Source of the DNA: Bordetella parapertussis
GTDB lineage: Bacteria; Pseudomonadota; Gammaproteobacteria; Burkholderiales; SG8-39
Length of the DNA stretch: 64,000 nucleotides
NCBI GenBank assembly: GCA_945861875.1
Contig: CAMAWC010000008.1
Location: 4,766 to 68,765 of the forward strand
Reading direction: 5' to 3'
Shown here: positions 46,526-58,692 of the stretch, one piece after another
Layout: every line of letters starts with the position of its first letter
How positions within the stretch are numbered: the stretch's first letter is position 1
The notes under the pieces: model-generated
Seen by the model: the letters and a program-made list of their open reading frames with translations, nothing else
What the model was told of the DNA's origin: nothing
Databases searched by the model: none
Made by a program: the position numbers and the translations under genes

Positions 46526-47835
46526 CGCCGCGAAATTCCTTCAAGCACATGAAAATATTCAGGAAATGTCTTTGCAACACAGCCCGGGTCGTTGATCCGC
46601 ACCGCCACCCCACCCAGCGCGGCAAGCGAAAAGCACATCGCCATGCGGTGATCGTCGTAAGTATCTATGGTCGCCGCGCGCAAAACCGCCGGCGGCGTCA
46701 CGCGCAGCCAGTCGGCGCCTTCTTCGGCCGTTGCACCCAGCTTGCGCAATTCGGTCGCCATCGCGGCAATGCGGTCGGTTTCCTTGACCCGCCAACTGGC
46801 GATATTGCGCAGGGTGCAGGGACCGTCGGCAAACAGCGCCGCCACCGCCAACGTCATCGCCGCATCCGGTATGTGATTGCAATCGCCGTCAAAAGCCTTG
46901 AGCTTGCCGGCCTGCCTTGCAGCGGCGTCCGCCCCCGCTTCGATCCAGTTGTCACCCATCTCGACCGTGGCGCCCATCGCCTGCATGGCTTCGGCAAAAC
47001 GCACATCGCCCTGCACGCTGCCCCGGCCCACGCCCTCAATGCGCAGCGTCTCGCCGCCGCGCAGCGCACTGATGGCCCCGGCGGCGATGAAATACGACGC
47101 CGACGAAGCGTCGCCCTCCACCCACAGGTCGCCCGCGCCGCGGTAGCGCGATGCGGCGGGCACGGTAAAGGCCGACCAGCCCGCGCGTTCCACCGTCACG
47201 CCAAAGTGCGCCATGGTATTGAGGGTGATCTCGACATAGGGCTTGGAAATCAATTCGCCAACCACATCGACGCTGATGCGTTCACCGGTCAGCGGCAAGG
47301 CCATCAGCAGCGCGCTGAGAAACTGGCTGGAGACATTGCCGCGCACGCTGACGCGGCCGCCGGCCCTGATAAGCCCCGGATGAATCACCAGCGGCGGATA
47401 ACCCGCCTCGCCAAGGTAATCGACCCGCGCGCCCAGCGCGCACAAGGCTGTGACCAGGTCGCCTATCGGCCGCTCGTGCATGCGCGGTACGCCGGACAGG
47501 CGGTACTCGCCGCCGCACAGCGCCAGTGCCGCGGTCAGCGGGCGAAACGCCGTGCCGGCGTTGCCGAGGAACAATTCGGCGGCCTTCACGCCGAAGGGAC
47601 CACCGGCGCCCTCCACCAGCACCACGCCATCGGCTCGCTGCTGCACCGCCACGCCCAGCCTGGCGAGGGCCGCGAGCATCACAGCCGTGTCGTCGGAGGC
47701 GAGCAGCCCGTGCAGGCGCGTTTGCCCGCTCGCCAGAGCGGCGAGCAACAAGGCGCGGTTGGAAATGCTTTTGGAACCGGGCAGGCGCACCGTTCCGGCG
47801 ACGCTGCGAATCGGCAAAAGGTCGAGATGGTCCAC
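46522..47835 (-). CDS. aroA: 3-phosphoshikimate 1-carboxyvinyltransferase (EPSP synthase)
   Basis: 437 aa with [17 protein letters not shown]. 4-nt overlap with cmk. Confidence 0.95.
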   Translation of the reverse strand: MDHLDLLPIRSVAGTVRLPGSKSISNRALLLAALASGQTRLHGLLASDDTAVMLAALARLGVAVQQRADGVVLVEGAGGPFGVKAAELFLGNAGTAFRPLTAALALCGGEYRLSGVPRMHERPIGDLVTALCALGARVDYLGEAGYPPLVIHPGLIRAGGRVSVRGNVSSQFLSALLMALPLTGERISVDVVGELISKPYVEITLNTMAHFGVTVERAGWSAFTVPAASRYRGAGDLWVEGDASSASYFIAAGAISALRGGETLRIEGVGRGSVQGDVRFAEAMQAMGATVEMGDNWIEAGADAAARQAGKLKAFDGDCNHIPDAAMTLAVAALFADGPCTLRNIASWRVKETDRIAAMATELRKLGATAEEGADWLRVTPPAVLRAATIDTYDDHRMAMCFSLAALGGVAVRINDPGCVAKTFPEYFHVLEGISRR

Positions 47836-47859
47836 GTCGGATGGGCGCTCGCCGCTTAC

Positions 47860-48756
47860 TTACTGGCGCTTGAGCCAGCCGTCGCGCGCGCTGCGCGCCC
47901 GTTCGAACACCGCTTCGAGCGCTGCGGCGTCCCCGGCTTCGAGCATGGCCTGCAGTTCGCCCAACTGCCCCTGGTAGCGTTTTAACTCGGCCAGTATGGC
48001 GCCGCGGTTGGCGACGCAGATATCGCGCCACATTTCCGGATGGCTGGAGGCGATGCGGGTGAAGTCGCGAAAGCCGCTCGCCGCATAATCGAAGAGGGTC
48101 GCGGCATTGTCATGCAGCGCCACCTCGTGCACCAGCGCATAGGCCAGGAGGTGCGGCAGGTGGCTGACCGCGGCGAACACCGCGTCGTGCTCGGTCGGCT
48201 GCATGCTGTGCAACTGCGCGCCGCAGGCAAGCCATGCGGCACGCACACGTTCGAGCGCCGCCGGCGCGGTGTCGGGCAGCGGCGTGATCACCACCTTGCG
48301 CCCCTGGTACAACTCGGCGCGCGCCGCCGCCGCGCCGCTATTCTCGGCGCCGGCGATCGGATGGGCCGGTACAAACTGGCCGAGCTTGGCGCCGAAGGCG
48401 GCGCGCGCCAGCGCCACCACGTCCTGTTTGGTACTACCGGCATCGGTGACGACGCAGCCGGGCGCGAGTTGAGACGCGATGGCGCGAAACACCGCGCCGG
48501 TCTGCGCCACCGGCACCGCCACCAGCACCAGGTCGGCGCGGGCGGCGGCGGCACCGGCGTCAGCCACCACCTCGTCGATGATGCCCAGCTCGCGCGCCTT
48601 TTCCAGGTTGGCCGCCGAGCGGCCCACGCCTATCACCCGCCCCACCATGCCGGCTTTTTTCAGCGCCAGCGCGAAGGACCCGCCGATCAGGCCGACCCCG
48701 ACCAGGGCCAGCGTATTGATGCGAAACGGCGCGCCGCTCATACCGTCACCCCGCAC
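47860..48756 (-). CDS. tyrA: Prephenate dehydrogenase
   Basis: 298 aa with Rossmann motif LALVGVGLIGGSFALALKKAG. The start may instead be ATG 48741. Confidence 0.88.
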   Translation of the reverse strand: MRGDGMSGAPFRINTLALVGVGLIGGSFALALKKAGMVGRVIGVGRSAANLEKARELGIIDEVVADAGAAAARADLVLVAVPVAQTGAVFRAIASQLAPGCVVTDAGSTKQDVVALARAAFGAKLGQFVPAHPIAGAENSGAAAARAELYQGRKVVITPLPDTAPAALERVRAAWLACGAQLHSMQPTEHDAVFAAVSHLPHLLAYALVHEVALHDNAATLFDYAASGFRDFTRIASSHPEMWRDICVANRGAILAELKRYQGQLGELQAMLEAGDAAALEAVFERARSARDGWLKRQ

Positions 48757-48846
48757 ACAATAAGCTGGAGATGGCCGACTGGCGCGGCTTTCCGGCCGGT
48801 GGCTGTCCGGCAGCGGTGATTTTCAGCGACCGCAAGCGCACCACCG

Positions 48847-49950
48847 TCAGCCCTTCAGGGCCGTGGCGAGGGCGGCGAGGAAACGCTCGTTCTCCTGCGG
48901 CAGGCCGATGGTGACGCGCAGGTGCTCCGGCATTTCGTAGCCACCGCCCACCGGGCGCACGATGACACCCTGGCGCAGCAGCTTCTGGAATACCGCGGCA
49001 CCATCACCCACCCGGATGGTGAGGAAATTGGCGAACGAAGGAATGAAACCGAGGCCGAGCTTTTTGCAGCCGGCCTCAAGTTGCGCCATGCCGGCGCGGT
49101 TGTTGTCGTAACTGCGCGCGATAAAGTCGGCGTCATCGAGGGCGGCGATGGCCGCGGCCTGCCCGACACTATTGACGTTGAAGGGCGCGCGCACGCGGTT
49201 GACCATGTCACAGATCTGCGCATTGCCGAGCATATAGCCGACACGCAGTCCGGCGAGGCCGTGAATCTTGGCAAAGGTGCGGGTGATGACCAGGTTCGGA
49301 AAGGTCTTTAGCCAGGCCACGGTGTCGGTGCGCAGTTCGGTCGGCAGAAAATCGTTGTAAGCCTCGTCGAGCACGACAATGACTTCTTTGGGCACGCGCG
49401 CGAGGAAGGCCTTGATTTCGTCGTAGGGCAGGAAGGTGCCGGTCGGATTGTTCGGGTTGGCAATGAATACCAGCCGCGTATCCGGACGGATGGCGGCAAG
49501 GATGGCGTCCAGGTCATGGCCGAAATTTTTCGCCGCAACCTTGATGCCGCAGGCGCCGCGCGCCTGGGTGGCCAGCGGATAGACGGCAAAGCAATGCTGC
49601 GAATAAACGGCGCTTGTTTCGCGCGACAGGAAGGCCATGGCGAGGTACTCGAGCAGGTCGTTGGAGCCGTTGCCCAGCACCACCGATTCGATGGCCACGC
49701 CAAAGCGCTTTGCCAGCGCCGACTTCAGCGCAAAGCCGTTGCCGTCCGGGTAGATGTGAATGTCCTGCAGCGCGGCGAGCATGGCTTTTTTCGCCTTCTC
49801 GCCGCAGCCCAGCGGGTTTTCATTGGAGGCAAGCTTGACGATGTCGGCCTCGGCGATGCCCAGCTCGCGCGCCACTTCGGACACCGGCTTGCCCGGCTGG
49901 TAAGGCGCGATGGCGCGCACATAGGCGGGCGCCAGTTCGGTGAAATCCAT
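48847..49950 (-). CDS. hisC: Histidinol-phosphate/aromatic aminotransferase
   Basis: 367 aa: YQPGKP...KLASNENPLG...RTFAKIHGLAGLRVGY. Confidence 0.9.
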   Translation of the reverse strand: MDFTELAPAYVRAIAPYQPGKPVSEVARELGIAEADIVKLASNENPLGCGEKAKKAMLAALQDIHIYPDGNGFALKSALAKRFGVAIESVVLGNGSNDLLEYLAMAFLSRETSAVYSQHCFAVYPLATQARGACGIKVAAKNFGHDLDAILAAIRPDTRLVFIANPNNPTGTFLPYDEIKAFLARVPKEVIVVLDEAYNDFLPTELRTDTVAWLKTFPNLVITRTFAKIHGLAGLRVGYMLGNAQICDMVNRVRAPFNVNSVGQAAAIAALDDADFIARSYDNNRAGMAQLEAGCKKLGLGFIPSFANFLTIRVGDGAAVFQKLLRQGVIVRPVGGGYEMPEHLRVTIGLPQENERFLAALATALKG

Positions 49951-50001
49951 TGCAAACCCTTTTCGGTCTTGAATATTGATTCTGGTTGCGGTGCGGTCGG
50001 A

Positions 50002-51144
50002 TCAGTGGACTGCGGACGGATACGAGCCGAACACCTTGAGGAAGGGCGCCAGCGCCTTCAGTTCGGCGATGGCGCGCGCGACATTGGCATCCTGCTGGTG
50101 GCCCAGCAGGTCGACGTAAAAGTAATACTCCCACTGCCCGGTGCGCGATGGCCGCGACTCGATGCGCGTCATGCTCACGCCGTGCGTTGCCAGCGGGGTG
50201 AGCAATTCGTGCACCGCGCCAGGACGGTTGGGCGCCGACATCACCAGCGAGGTGTGGTCGTGCCCGGTCGGACCGGCGTCCTGGGCGCCCAGCACCAGGA
50301 AGCGCGTCATGTTGTTCGGTTCGTCCTCGATGTTTTCCGCCAGCAACTGCAAACCGTAGCGGCTGGCCGCGAGGCTCGGGCCGATGGCTGCGGCACCCGC
50401 CTCGGCCGCGGCAAGGCGCGCCGCCTCGGCGTTACTCGCCACCGACACGCGTTCGGCGTGCGGCAGGTGCTGCGACAACCACTGCTGGCATTGCCCCAGA
50501 GACTGCGCGTGGGAATAGACGCGTTTGATTTTCTCCAGCGTCGTGCCCTTGGCCCCTTTCACGGGTTTCACAGCAGGTTTCACCGCAGGTTTTACCATCA
50601 GGTTCTGGTGCACGCGCAGCACCACCTCGGCACAGACCTTCAAGGGCGTGGTGAGCAGCAGGTCGAGGGTGCGCCCAATGGCGCCCTCGGTGGAATTTTC
50701 CGCCGGCACCACGGCATAGGCTGCGGACCCGGTCTCGGCGGCATGGAACACCTCGTCGAACGAAGCGCAGGGCAGGCCTTGCACGCCGCCGCCGAACTGC
50801 TTTTCCAGCGCCATTTCGCTGAAGGTACCCTGCGGCCCGAGGTAGGCCACCGACAAGGGCTGCTCCAGCGCGCGGCAGGCCGACATGATCTGGGTATAGA
50901 TTTGCGCCACCGCCGCAGCCGGAATCGGGCCCGGATTGGCCGCCATGACGTTGCGCAATACCTCGGCTTCGCGTTCGGGCCGATAGACGAGGCCGCCCTG
51001 CTTGAGGTGCCCAATGGCCTGCGCGTGGGCGGCGCGCTCGGACAGCAGCTTGAGTATTTGCCGGTCGATCGCGTCGATGGCCTTGCGCCGTTCGGCGAGG
51101 GCCTTGTCGGTATCGCCGTTCTTGCCGGCGGTCTCCTTGCTCAT
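50002..51144 (-). CDS. pheA: Bifunctional chorismate mutase/prephenate dehydratase
   Basis: 380 aa. CM domain (LAERRKAIDAIDRQILKLLSERA), PDT domain, ACT domain and the ESRP motif TRIESRPS. Confidence 0.92.
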   Translation of the reverse strand: MSKETAGKNGDTDKALAERRKAIDAIDRQILKLLSERAAHAQAIGHLKQGGLVYRPEREAEVLRNVMAANPGPIPAAAVAQIYTQIMSACRALEQPLSVAYLGPQGTFSEMALEKQFGGGVQGLPCASFDEVFHAAETGSAAYAVVPAENSTEGAIGRTLDLLLTTPLKVCAEVVLRVHQNLMVKPAVKPAVKPVKGAKGTTLEKIKRVYSHAQSLGQCQQWLSQHLPHAERVSVASNAEAARLAAAEAGAAAIGPSLAASRYGLQLLAENIEDEPNNMTRFLVLGAQDAGPTGHDHTSLVMSAPNRPGAVHELLTPLATHGVSMTRIESRPSRTGQWEYYFYVDLLGHQQDANVARAIAELKALAPFLKVFGSYPSAVH

Positions 51145-52343
51145 GCCGCCTCCCCGCCGTTCAGCGGCAAGTATCTAACCCCGAGCATGCCGGGCGTGGC
51201 GCGCAGCGCGGCAATCACCTTGGCCGGCACCGGCGCATCAAGGTCGACCAGGGTATAGGCCATCTCCTGCCGCGATTTGTTCATCATGTTGTGGATGTTC
51301 AGTCCGGCCTGGGCCATGGCGGTGGAGATCTGTCCGAGCATATTGGGCACGTTGGCATTGGCGATGGCCACGCGGTAGGGCACTTCGCGCGGCATCGTGA
51401 CGTTGGGGAAATTGACCGAGTTGCTGATGTTGCCATGCTCGAGGCACTCGCGCACCTGGTCGACCACCATCACCGCGCTGTTGTCCTCGGCCTCGCGCGT
51501 CGAGGCGCCAAGGTGCGGCAGCGCGATCACGCCGGCGTGCCCCGCCAGGCTGGCGCCGGGGAAGTCGGTGACGTAGTACTTCAGGCCGCGCGCGGCGAGC
51601 GCGGCAAGCACCGCCTGCTCCTCGACAATGCCCTCGCGCGAAAAATTCAGCAGGATGGCGCCGTGGCGCATCAGCTGGACATTTTTGGCGTTGACCAGAT
51701 GGCGCGTCGCCTCAACCAGCGGCACGTGCAGGGTGACGAAATGGCTGTTTTTCAGCACTTCGTCGATCGAAGCGGCCCGGCGCACCTGCGATGGCAGGCC
51801 CCAGGCCGCGTCGACGGTAATTTCCGGGTCGTAACCGAGCACGTTCATGCCCAGCTTGATCGCCGCGTCGGCGATCAAGCTGCCGATTTTTCCCAGGCCT
51901 ATCACCCCCAGTGTGTGGTTGGGCAGTTCAAAACCGGCAAACTGCTTTTTGCCGTCTTCGATGCGCTTTTCCAGCGTTGCCTCGTCGCCGCCGAGGGACG
52001 AGACAAAGCCCAGTGCCGGCGCGAGGTTGCGCGCGGCCATCAGCATGCCGGCGAGCACCAGTTCCTTGACGGCGTTGGCGTTGGCGCCCGGGGCGTTGAA
52101 CACCGGCACGCCGCGCGCGCTCATCGCCTTTACCGGGATGTTGTTGGTGCCGGCACCGGCGCGGCCGATGGCCTTGACGCTGGCGGCGATGTTCATGGCG
52201 TGCATGTCGTGCGAGCGCACCAGGATGGCATCGGGCGATTGCGCCTCCTTGCTCACCGTGTAGAGCTCCGCAGGCAGGCGTTTCAACCCGACGTGCGAGA
52301 TCTGGTTCAGCGCAAGGATTTCAAATGTCGTGGATTTGCTCAT
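51141..52343 (-). CDS. serA: D-3-phosphoglycerate dehydrogenase-type 2-hydroxyacid dehydrogenase with C-terminal ACT domain
   Basis: Start MSKSTTFEILALNQIS at ATG 52343; the track ORF is over-extended. NAD motif GVIGLGKIGSLIA and an ACT-like tail. 4-nt overlap with the pheA start. Confidence 0.75.
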   Translation of the reverse strand: MSKSTTFEILALNQISHVGLKRLPAELYTVSKEAQSPDAILVRSHDMHAMNIAASVKAIGRAGAGTNNIPVKAMSARGVPVFNAPGANANAVKELVLAGMLMAARNLAPALGFVSSLGGDEATLEKRIEDGKKQFAGFELPNHTLGVIGLGKIGSLIADAAIKLGMNVLGYDPEITVDAAWGLPSQVRRAASIDEVLKNSHFVTLHVPLVEATRHLVNAKNVQLMRHGAILLNFSREGIVEEQAVLAALAARGLKYYVTDFPGASLAGHAGVIALPHLGASTREAEDNSAVMVVDQVRECLEHGNISNSVNFPNVTMPREVPYRVAIANANVPNMLGQISTAMAQAGLNIHNMMNKSRQEMAYTLVDLDAPVPAKVIAALRATPGMLGVRYLPLNGGEAA

Positions 52344-52400
52344 TCCCGTGCACGGGCATCGCTGCCCTTCCCCTTTGGCAAGCGCCTGCAGCCCGCGCCG

Positions 52401-52449
52401 CAGTCGCCACTCAGCCACCCATCAGCCACCAATCAGCCACCAATCAGCC
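52401..52449. repeat. Four-plus tandem 11-mers CAGCCACCAAT, the last unit overlapping the serC stop codon
   Basis: The minus strand reads TGATTGGTGGC TGATTGGTGGC TGATGGGTGGC TGAGTGGCGAC, starting at the serC TGA. Confidence 0.9.
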
Positions 52450-53540
52450 GTGTTTGGCTTCGAATTCCTTCATGTACCCGACCAGCGCCTGCACGCCGGC
52501 AAGCGGCATGGCGTTGTATATGGAGGCACGCATGCCGCCCACCGCGCGATGCCCTTTTAACTGCACCATGCCGCGCTCCTGCGCGCCCTTGAGAAAAGCC
52601 GCGTCCAGCGACTCGTCCTTGAGCTTGAACGGCACGTTCATGCGCGAACGGTCGCGCTTTTCCACCGGGCTTTTGAAAAAGCCGCTCTGGTCAAGAAAGG
52701 TGTAAAGCAGCTGCGCCTTGGCGATGTTGCGCTGTTCCATCGCTGCCAGCCCGCCCTCGCGCTTCAGCCACTTGAACACCAGGCCGGCGATATAAATGGC
52801 GTAGGTCGCCGGCGTGTTGAACATTGAGTCGGCCTCGGCCTGCAATTTGTAGTCAAAGGCCGAGGGCGTGCAGGGCAAGGCCTGGCCGATGAGCTCGTCG
52901 CGCACGATGACGATCGTCAGTCCGGCCGGACCGATGTTTTTTTGCGCGCCGGCGTAGATCAGGCCGTATTTCGCCACCTCCACCGGGCGCGACAGGATGT
53001 GCGAGGACATGTCGGCCACCAGCGGCACCTCGCCGGTATCGGGCACCCAGTGGTACTCCAGGCCGCCTATGGTTTCATTGGTGCAGATGTGCACGTAGGC
53101 GGCACCCGGATCGAGTTTCCAGGAATCGCGCGGCGGGATATAGCTGAAATTGCGGTCCTCACCCGAGGCGGCGACGTTCACGCTGCAGTACTTTTTCGCT
53201 TCCTTGATCGACTTTTTCGACCACTCGCCGGTGTTGATGTAGTCGGCGCGCTCGCGCCCGCGCAGCATGTTCATCGGCACGATGGCGTTCTCGGCGATCG
53301 CCCCGCCCTGCAGGAACAACACCTTGTAATTGGCCGGGATGGCGAGGAGGTCGCGCAGGTCGGCCTCGGCCTCGGCGTGGATGGAAATGAACTCCTTGCC
53401 GCGATGGCTCATTTCCATCACCGACATGCCGCTGCCGTGCCAGTCGAGCATTTCTGCCGCGGCAAGGCGCAACACTTCCTCGGGCAGCGCCGCCGGGCCG
53501 GCGCTGAAATTAATCGCCCGCACCGGCTCTTTCACCGCGT

Positions 53541-53544
<4 letters not shown>
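52444..53544 (-). CDS. serC: Phosphoserine aminotransferase
   Basis: 366 aa: [15 protein letters not shown]...[12 protein letters not shown]. Confidence 0.95.
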
Positions 53545-56120
<2,576 letters not shown>

Positions 56121-56307
56121 CTGCGGGAGTCTTCTTATGGCCCTGATTTTATAGACCGCAATGCGGGCTTGGGAAAAGCGAAATTTTAACACTCCGGACC
56201 CGCCACGGCCACCCATTCCTTCGCCTTGCCGCCTCCCTCCGGCGGCCTTTTGCCCGCGCCGGATGATGTGATGTATCATGGACTTGGTGACGCTTGTCGC
56301 GGGGAAA

Positions 56308-56323
56308 TCCGGCCATGGCCGGA
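56308..56323. promoter_or_regulatory. 16-bp perfect palindrome TCCGGCCATGGCCGGA in the gyrA / OmpA-like divergent spacer
   Basis: Read directly. Function unknown. Confidence 0.2.
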
Positions 56324-56476
56324 CATCATCGGATCAAGGCGGAGACCGGTTTAGCAATTGTCTGCAAAATGACAACCCCGACCGTCCGACCCGCCTAGAA
56401 TTTGCGCTGTCGCAGCTGAACAAAAATAACGCGCTGACCCAATCGGCGCCATTAAAACCTGCCTGGGGGGATGGAC

Positions 56477-57172
56477 ATGAAAAAATTCATATCTGCAATA
56501 AGCGTTGTGGCGCTCGGCTTGGGACTGGGCCTGGTTGCGCCCATCGCAGCGGCCCAGAACATCGGCTATCTCACCGACACCCGTGGCGGCATGGTCAAGG
56601 ATCCCTACGGCCTGTGCTGGCGGACCGGTTACTGGACGCCGGCCCTCGCCAACATGGAGTGCGACCCCGACCTGATGCCCAAACCGGCACCCAAGCCCGC
56701 CGCCGCACCGGCCGCCAAACCGGCTGCCCCGCCGCCCAAGCCCGCCGCCGCGCCAGTCAAGCCCGCCGCGGCAGCGCCCAAGCGCTGTGATGCAACGGTG
56801 ACCCTGAAAAACGACGAGGTGTTCGCCTTTAACAAGGCCGACCTGACCCCGGCCGCCAAGGCACGCCTGGACAGTGACATCGTCGCCAAGCTCGCCAGCT
56901 GCGCCAAACTGGAAGCGGTCATCATCGAGGGTCACACCGACCGTCTGGGCAGTCAGTCGTACAACCAGAAGCTGTCAGAAAAACGCGCCGACGCGGTCAA
57001 GGCCTACCTGGTGAACAAGGGCGCCAACCGCGACAGCATCGAAACCATAGGCATGGGCAAGACCGTTCCGGCGGTTTTCTGCGGCAACGAAATCAAGGAG
57101 CGCAAGGCCCTGATCGCCTGCCTCGCGCCCAGCCGCCGCGCCATCGTCACCATCAAGGGGCCGGGGCGCTAG
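56477..57172 (+). CDS. OmpA-family (OmpA/MotB C-terminal domain) outer-membrane-associated protein, paralogue 1
   Basis: Start MKKFISAISVVALGLGLGLVAPIAAAQ, then NIGYLTDTRGGMVKDPYGLCWRTGYWTPALANMECDPD, a Pro/Ala-rich linker and an OmpA-like domain (GHTDRLGSQSYNQKLSEKRADAVKAYL). It ends in an atypical Cys-containing tail instead of NRRVEI. Confidence 0.85.
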   Translation: MKKFISAISVVALGLGLGLVAPIAAAQNIGYLTDTRGGMVKDPYGLCWRTGYWTPALANMECDPDLMPKPAPKPAAAPAAKPAAPPPKPAAAPVKPAAAAPKRCDATVTLKNDEVFAFNKADLTPAAKARLDSDIVAKLASCAKLEAVIIEGHTDRLGSQSYNQKLSEKRADAVKAYLVNKGANRDSIETIGMGKTVPAVFCGNEIKERKALIACLAPSRRAIVTIKGPGR

Positions 57173-57189
57173 CAGCCACCGCCACTGAG

Positions 57190-57218
57190 AAAACCCCGCC
57201 TCGCGCGGGGTTTTTTTT
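57190..57218 (+). terminator. Rho-independent terminator
   Basis: AAAA-CCCCGC-CTCGC-GCGGGG-TTTTTTTT. Confidence 0.75.
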
Positions 57219-57279
57219 GCCCTGACATATTGCCGCCACGTATAGTGGATAGCGTTACCCAGAGAGTCCTTGCCGACAC

Positions 57280-58614
57280 ATGCTGCCAACCGAACCAATC
57301 GATACACTCATCAGCGCCCGCTGGATCATCCCGGTGGAACCGGCGGGCAGCGTACTCACCGACCACAGCGTGGCGGTCCGCGACGGCAAAATAATCGCCA
57401 TCCTGCCCAGCACCGCGGCGGCGCTGCGTTTCAGCTCCGCAAAGCACGTCGAGCTCGGCGAGCACGCGCTCATTCCCGGTCTTATCAACCTGCACACCCA
57501 TGCGGCGATGAGCCTGTTGCGCGGGCTCGCCGACGACCTGCCGCTGATGCAGTGGCTGCAGCAGCACATCTGGCCAGCCGAGGCCAGGCATGTCTCGGCG
57601 CAATTCGTCCATGACGGCAGCCTGCTCGCCTGCGCCGAAATGCTGCGCGGCGGGGTGACCTGCTTTAACGACATGTATTTTTACCCCGAGGCGGCCGCCG
57701 CCGCGGCGCGCGAGGTCGGCATGCGCGCGGCGCTGGGGCTGATCGCCATTGAATTTCCCACCGCTTACGCGCGTGATCCAGACGATTACATCGCCAAGGG
57801 CCTCGCCATGCGCGACAGCCATCGCGGCGATCCGCTGCTGTCTTTTTGCATGGCGCCGCACGCACCCTACACGGTGAGCGACAAGACCTTCGAGCGCATT
57901 GTCACCATCGCCGAAGAACTGGACATGCCCATACACCTGCACCTGCACGAGACCGACGGGGAAATCGCCACCAGCCTGACCCAGCACGGCGTGCGGCCGC
58001 TCGAGCGCATGCGCCGCCTCGGTGTGCTCGGTCCGCGGCTGATTGCCGTGCACGCCGTCCACCTCGAAGAGCATGAACTGGACCTGCTGGCGCGCCACGG
58101 CGCCTCGGTGGCGCACTGCCCCTCCTCCAACCTCAAACTGGCGAGCGGCATTGCGCCGGTGGCCGGCATGCTCAAGCGAAACATCAATCTTGGCCTGGGC
58201 ACCGACGGTGCGGCCAGCAACAACCGCCTCGACCTCTTTCAGGAAATGCGCCAGGCGGCGCTGCTGGCCAAAGGCGCGAGCGGGGACGCCCAGGCAATGC
58301 CCGCCCACGCCGCGCTCACCGCCGCGACGCTGGGCGCAGCGCGGGCGCTGGGCCTCGAACGGAGCATCGGCTCCATCGCCCCGGGCAAGGCGGCCGACCT
58401 CACCGCCGTGCGCTTTGACGCGGTGGACATGGCCCCCTGCTACGACCCCTTGTCGCACCTGGTCTACGTCGCAGGGCGAGAACATGTCAGCCACGTCTGG
58501 GTTGGCGGCGAGTTACGCCTCGAAAACCGGCAGTTTTCCGGATTGGACAGGGGCAAGCTGGAAAAACTGTCGCTTTTATGGCACAATAAGTTAGTTGCTG
58601 AATCAATTGGCTAA
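57280..58614 (+). CDS. TRZ/ATZ-family amidohydrolase (MTA/SAH deaminase-like)
   Basis: 444 aa with metal ligands LINLHTHAAMS...HLHETDGE...VHAVH...GTDGAASNN. The 441-aa minus-strand ORF on the opposite strand is an antisense artefact. Confidence 0.85.
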   Translation: MLPTEPIDTLISARWIIPVEPAGSVLTDHSVAVRDGKIIAILPSTAAALRFSSAKHVELGEHALIPGLINLHTHAAMSLLRGLADDLPLMQWLQQHIWPAEARHVSAQFVHDGSLLACAEMLRGGVTCFNDMYFYPEAAAAAAREVGMRAALGLIAIEFPTAYARDPDDYIAKGLAMRDSHRGDPLLSFCMAPHAPYTVSDKTFERIVTIAEELDMPIHLHLHETDGEIATSLTQHGVRPLERMRRLGVLGPRLIAVHAVHLEEHELDLLARHGASVAHCPSSNLKLASGIAPVAGMLKRNINLGLGTDGAASNNRLDLFQEMRQAALLAKGASGDAQAMPAHAALTAATLGAARALGLERSIGSIAPGKAADLTAVRFDAVDMAPCYDPLSHLVYVAGREHVSHVWVGGELRLENRQFSGLDRGKLEKLSLLWHNKLVAESIG

Positions 58615-58692
58615 TTAGTACTTTTTGGTATATTCTCGAAAACGCAGCGCTTACGATCACGAATTATCACTATTTTTTTTGAAGGGGAACGC

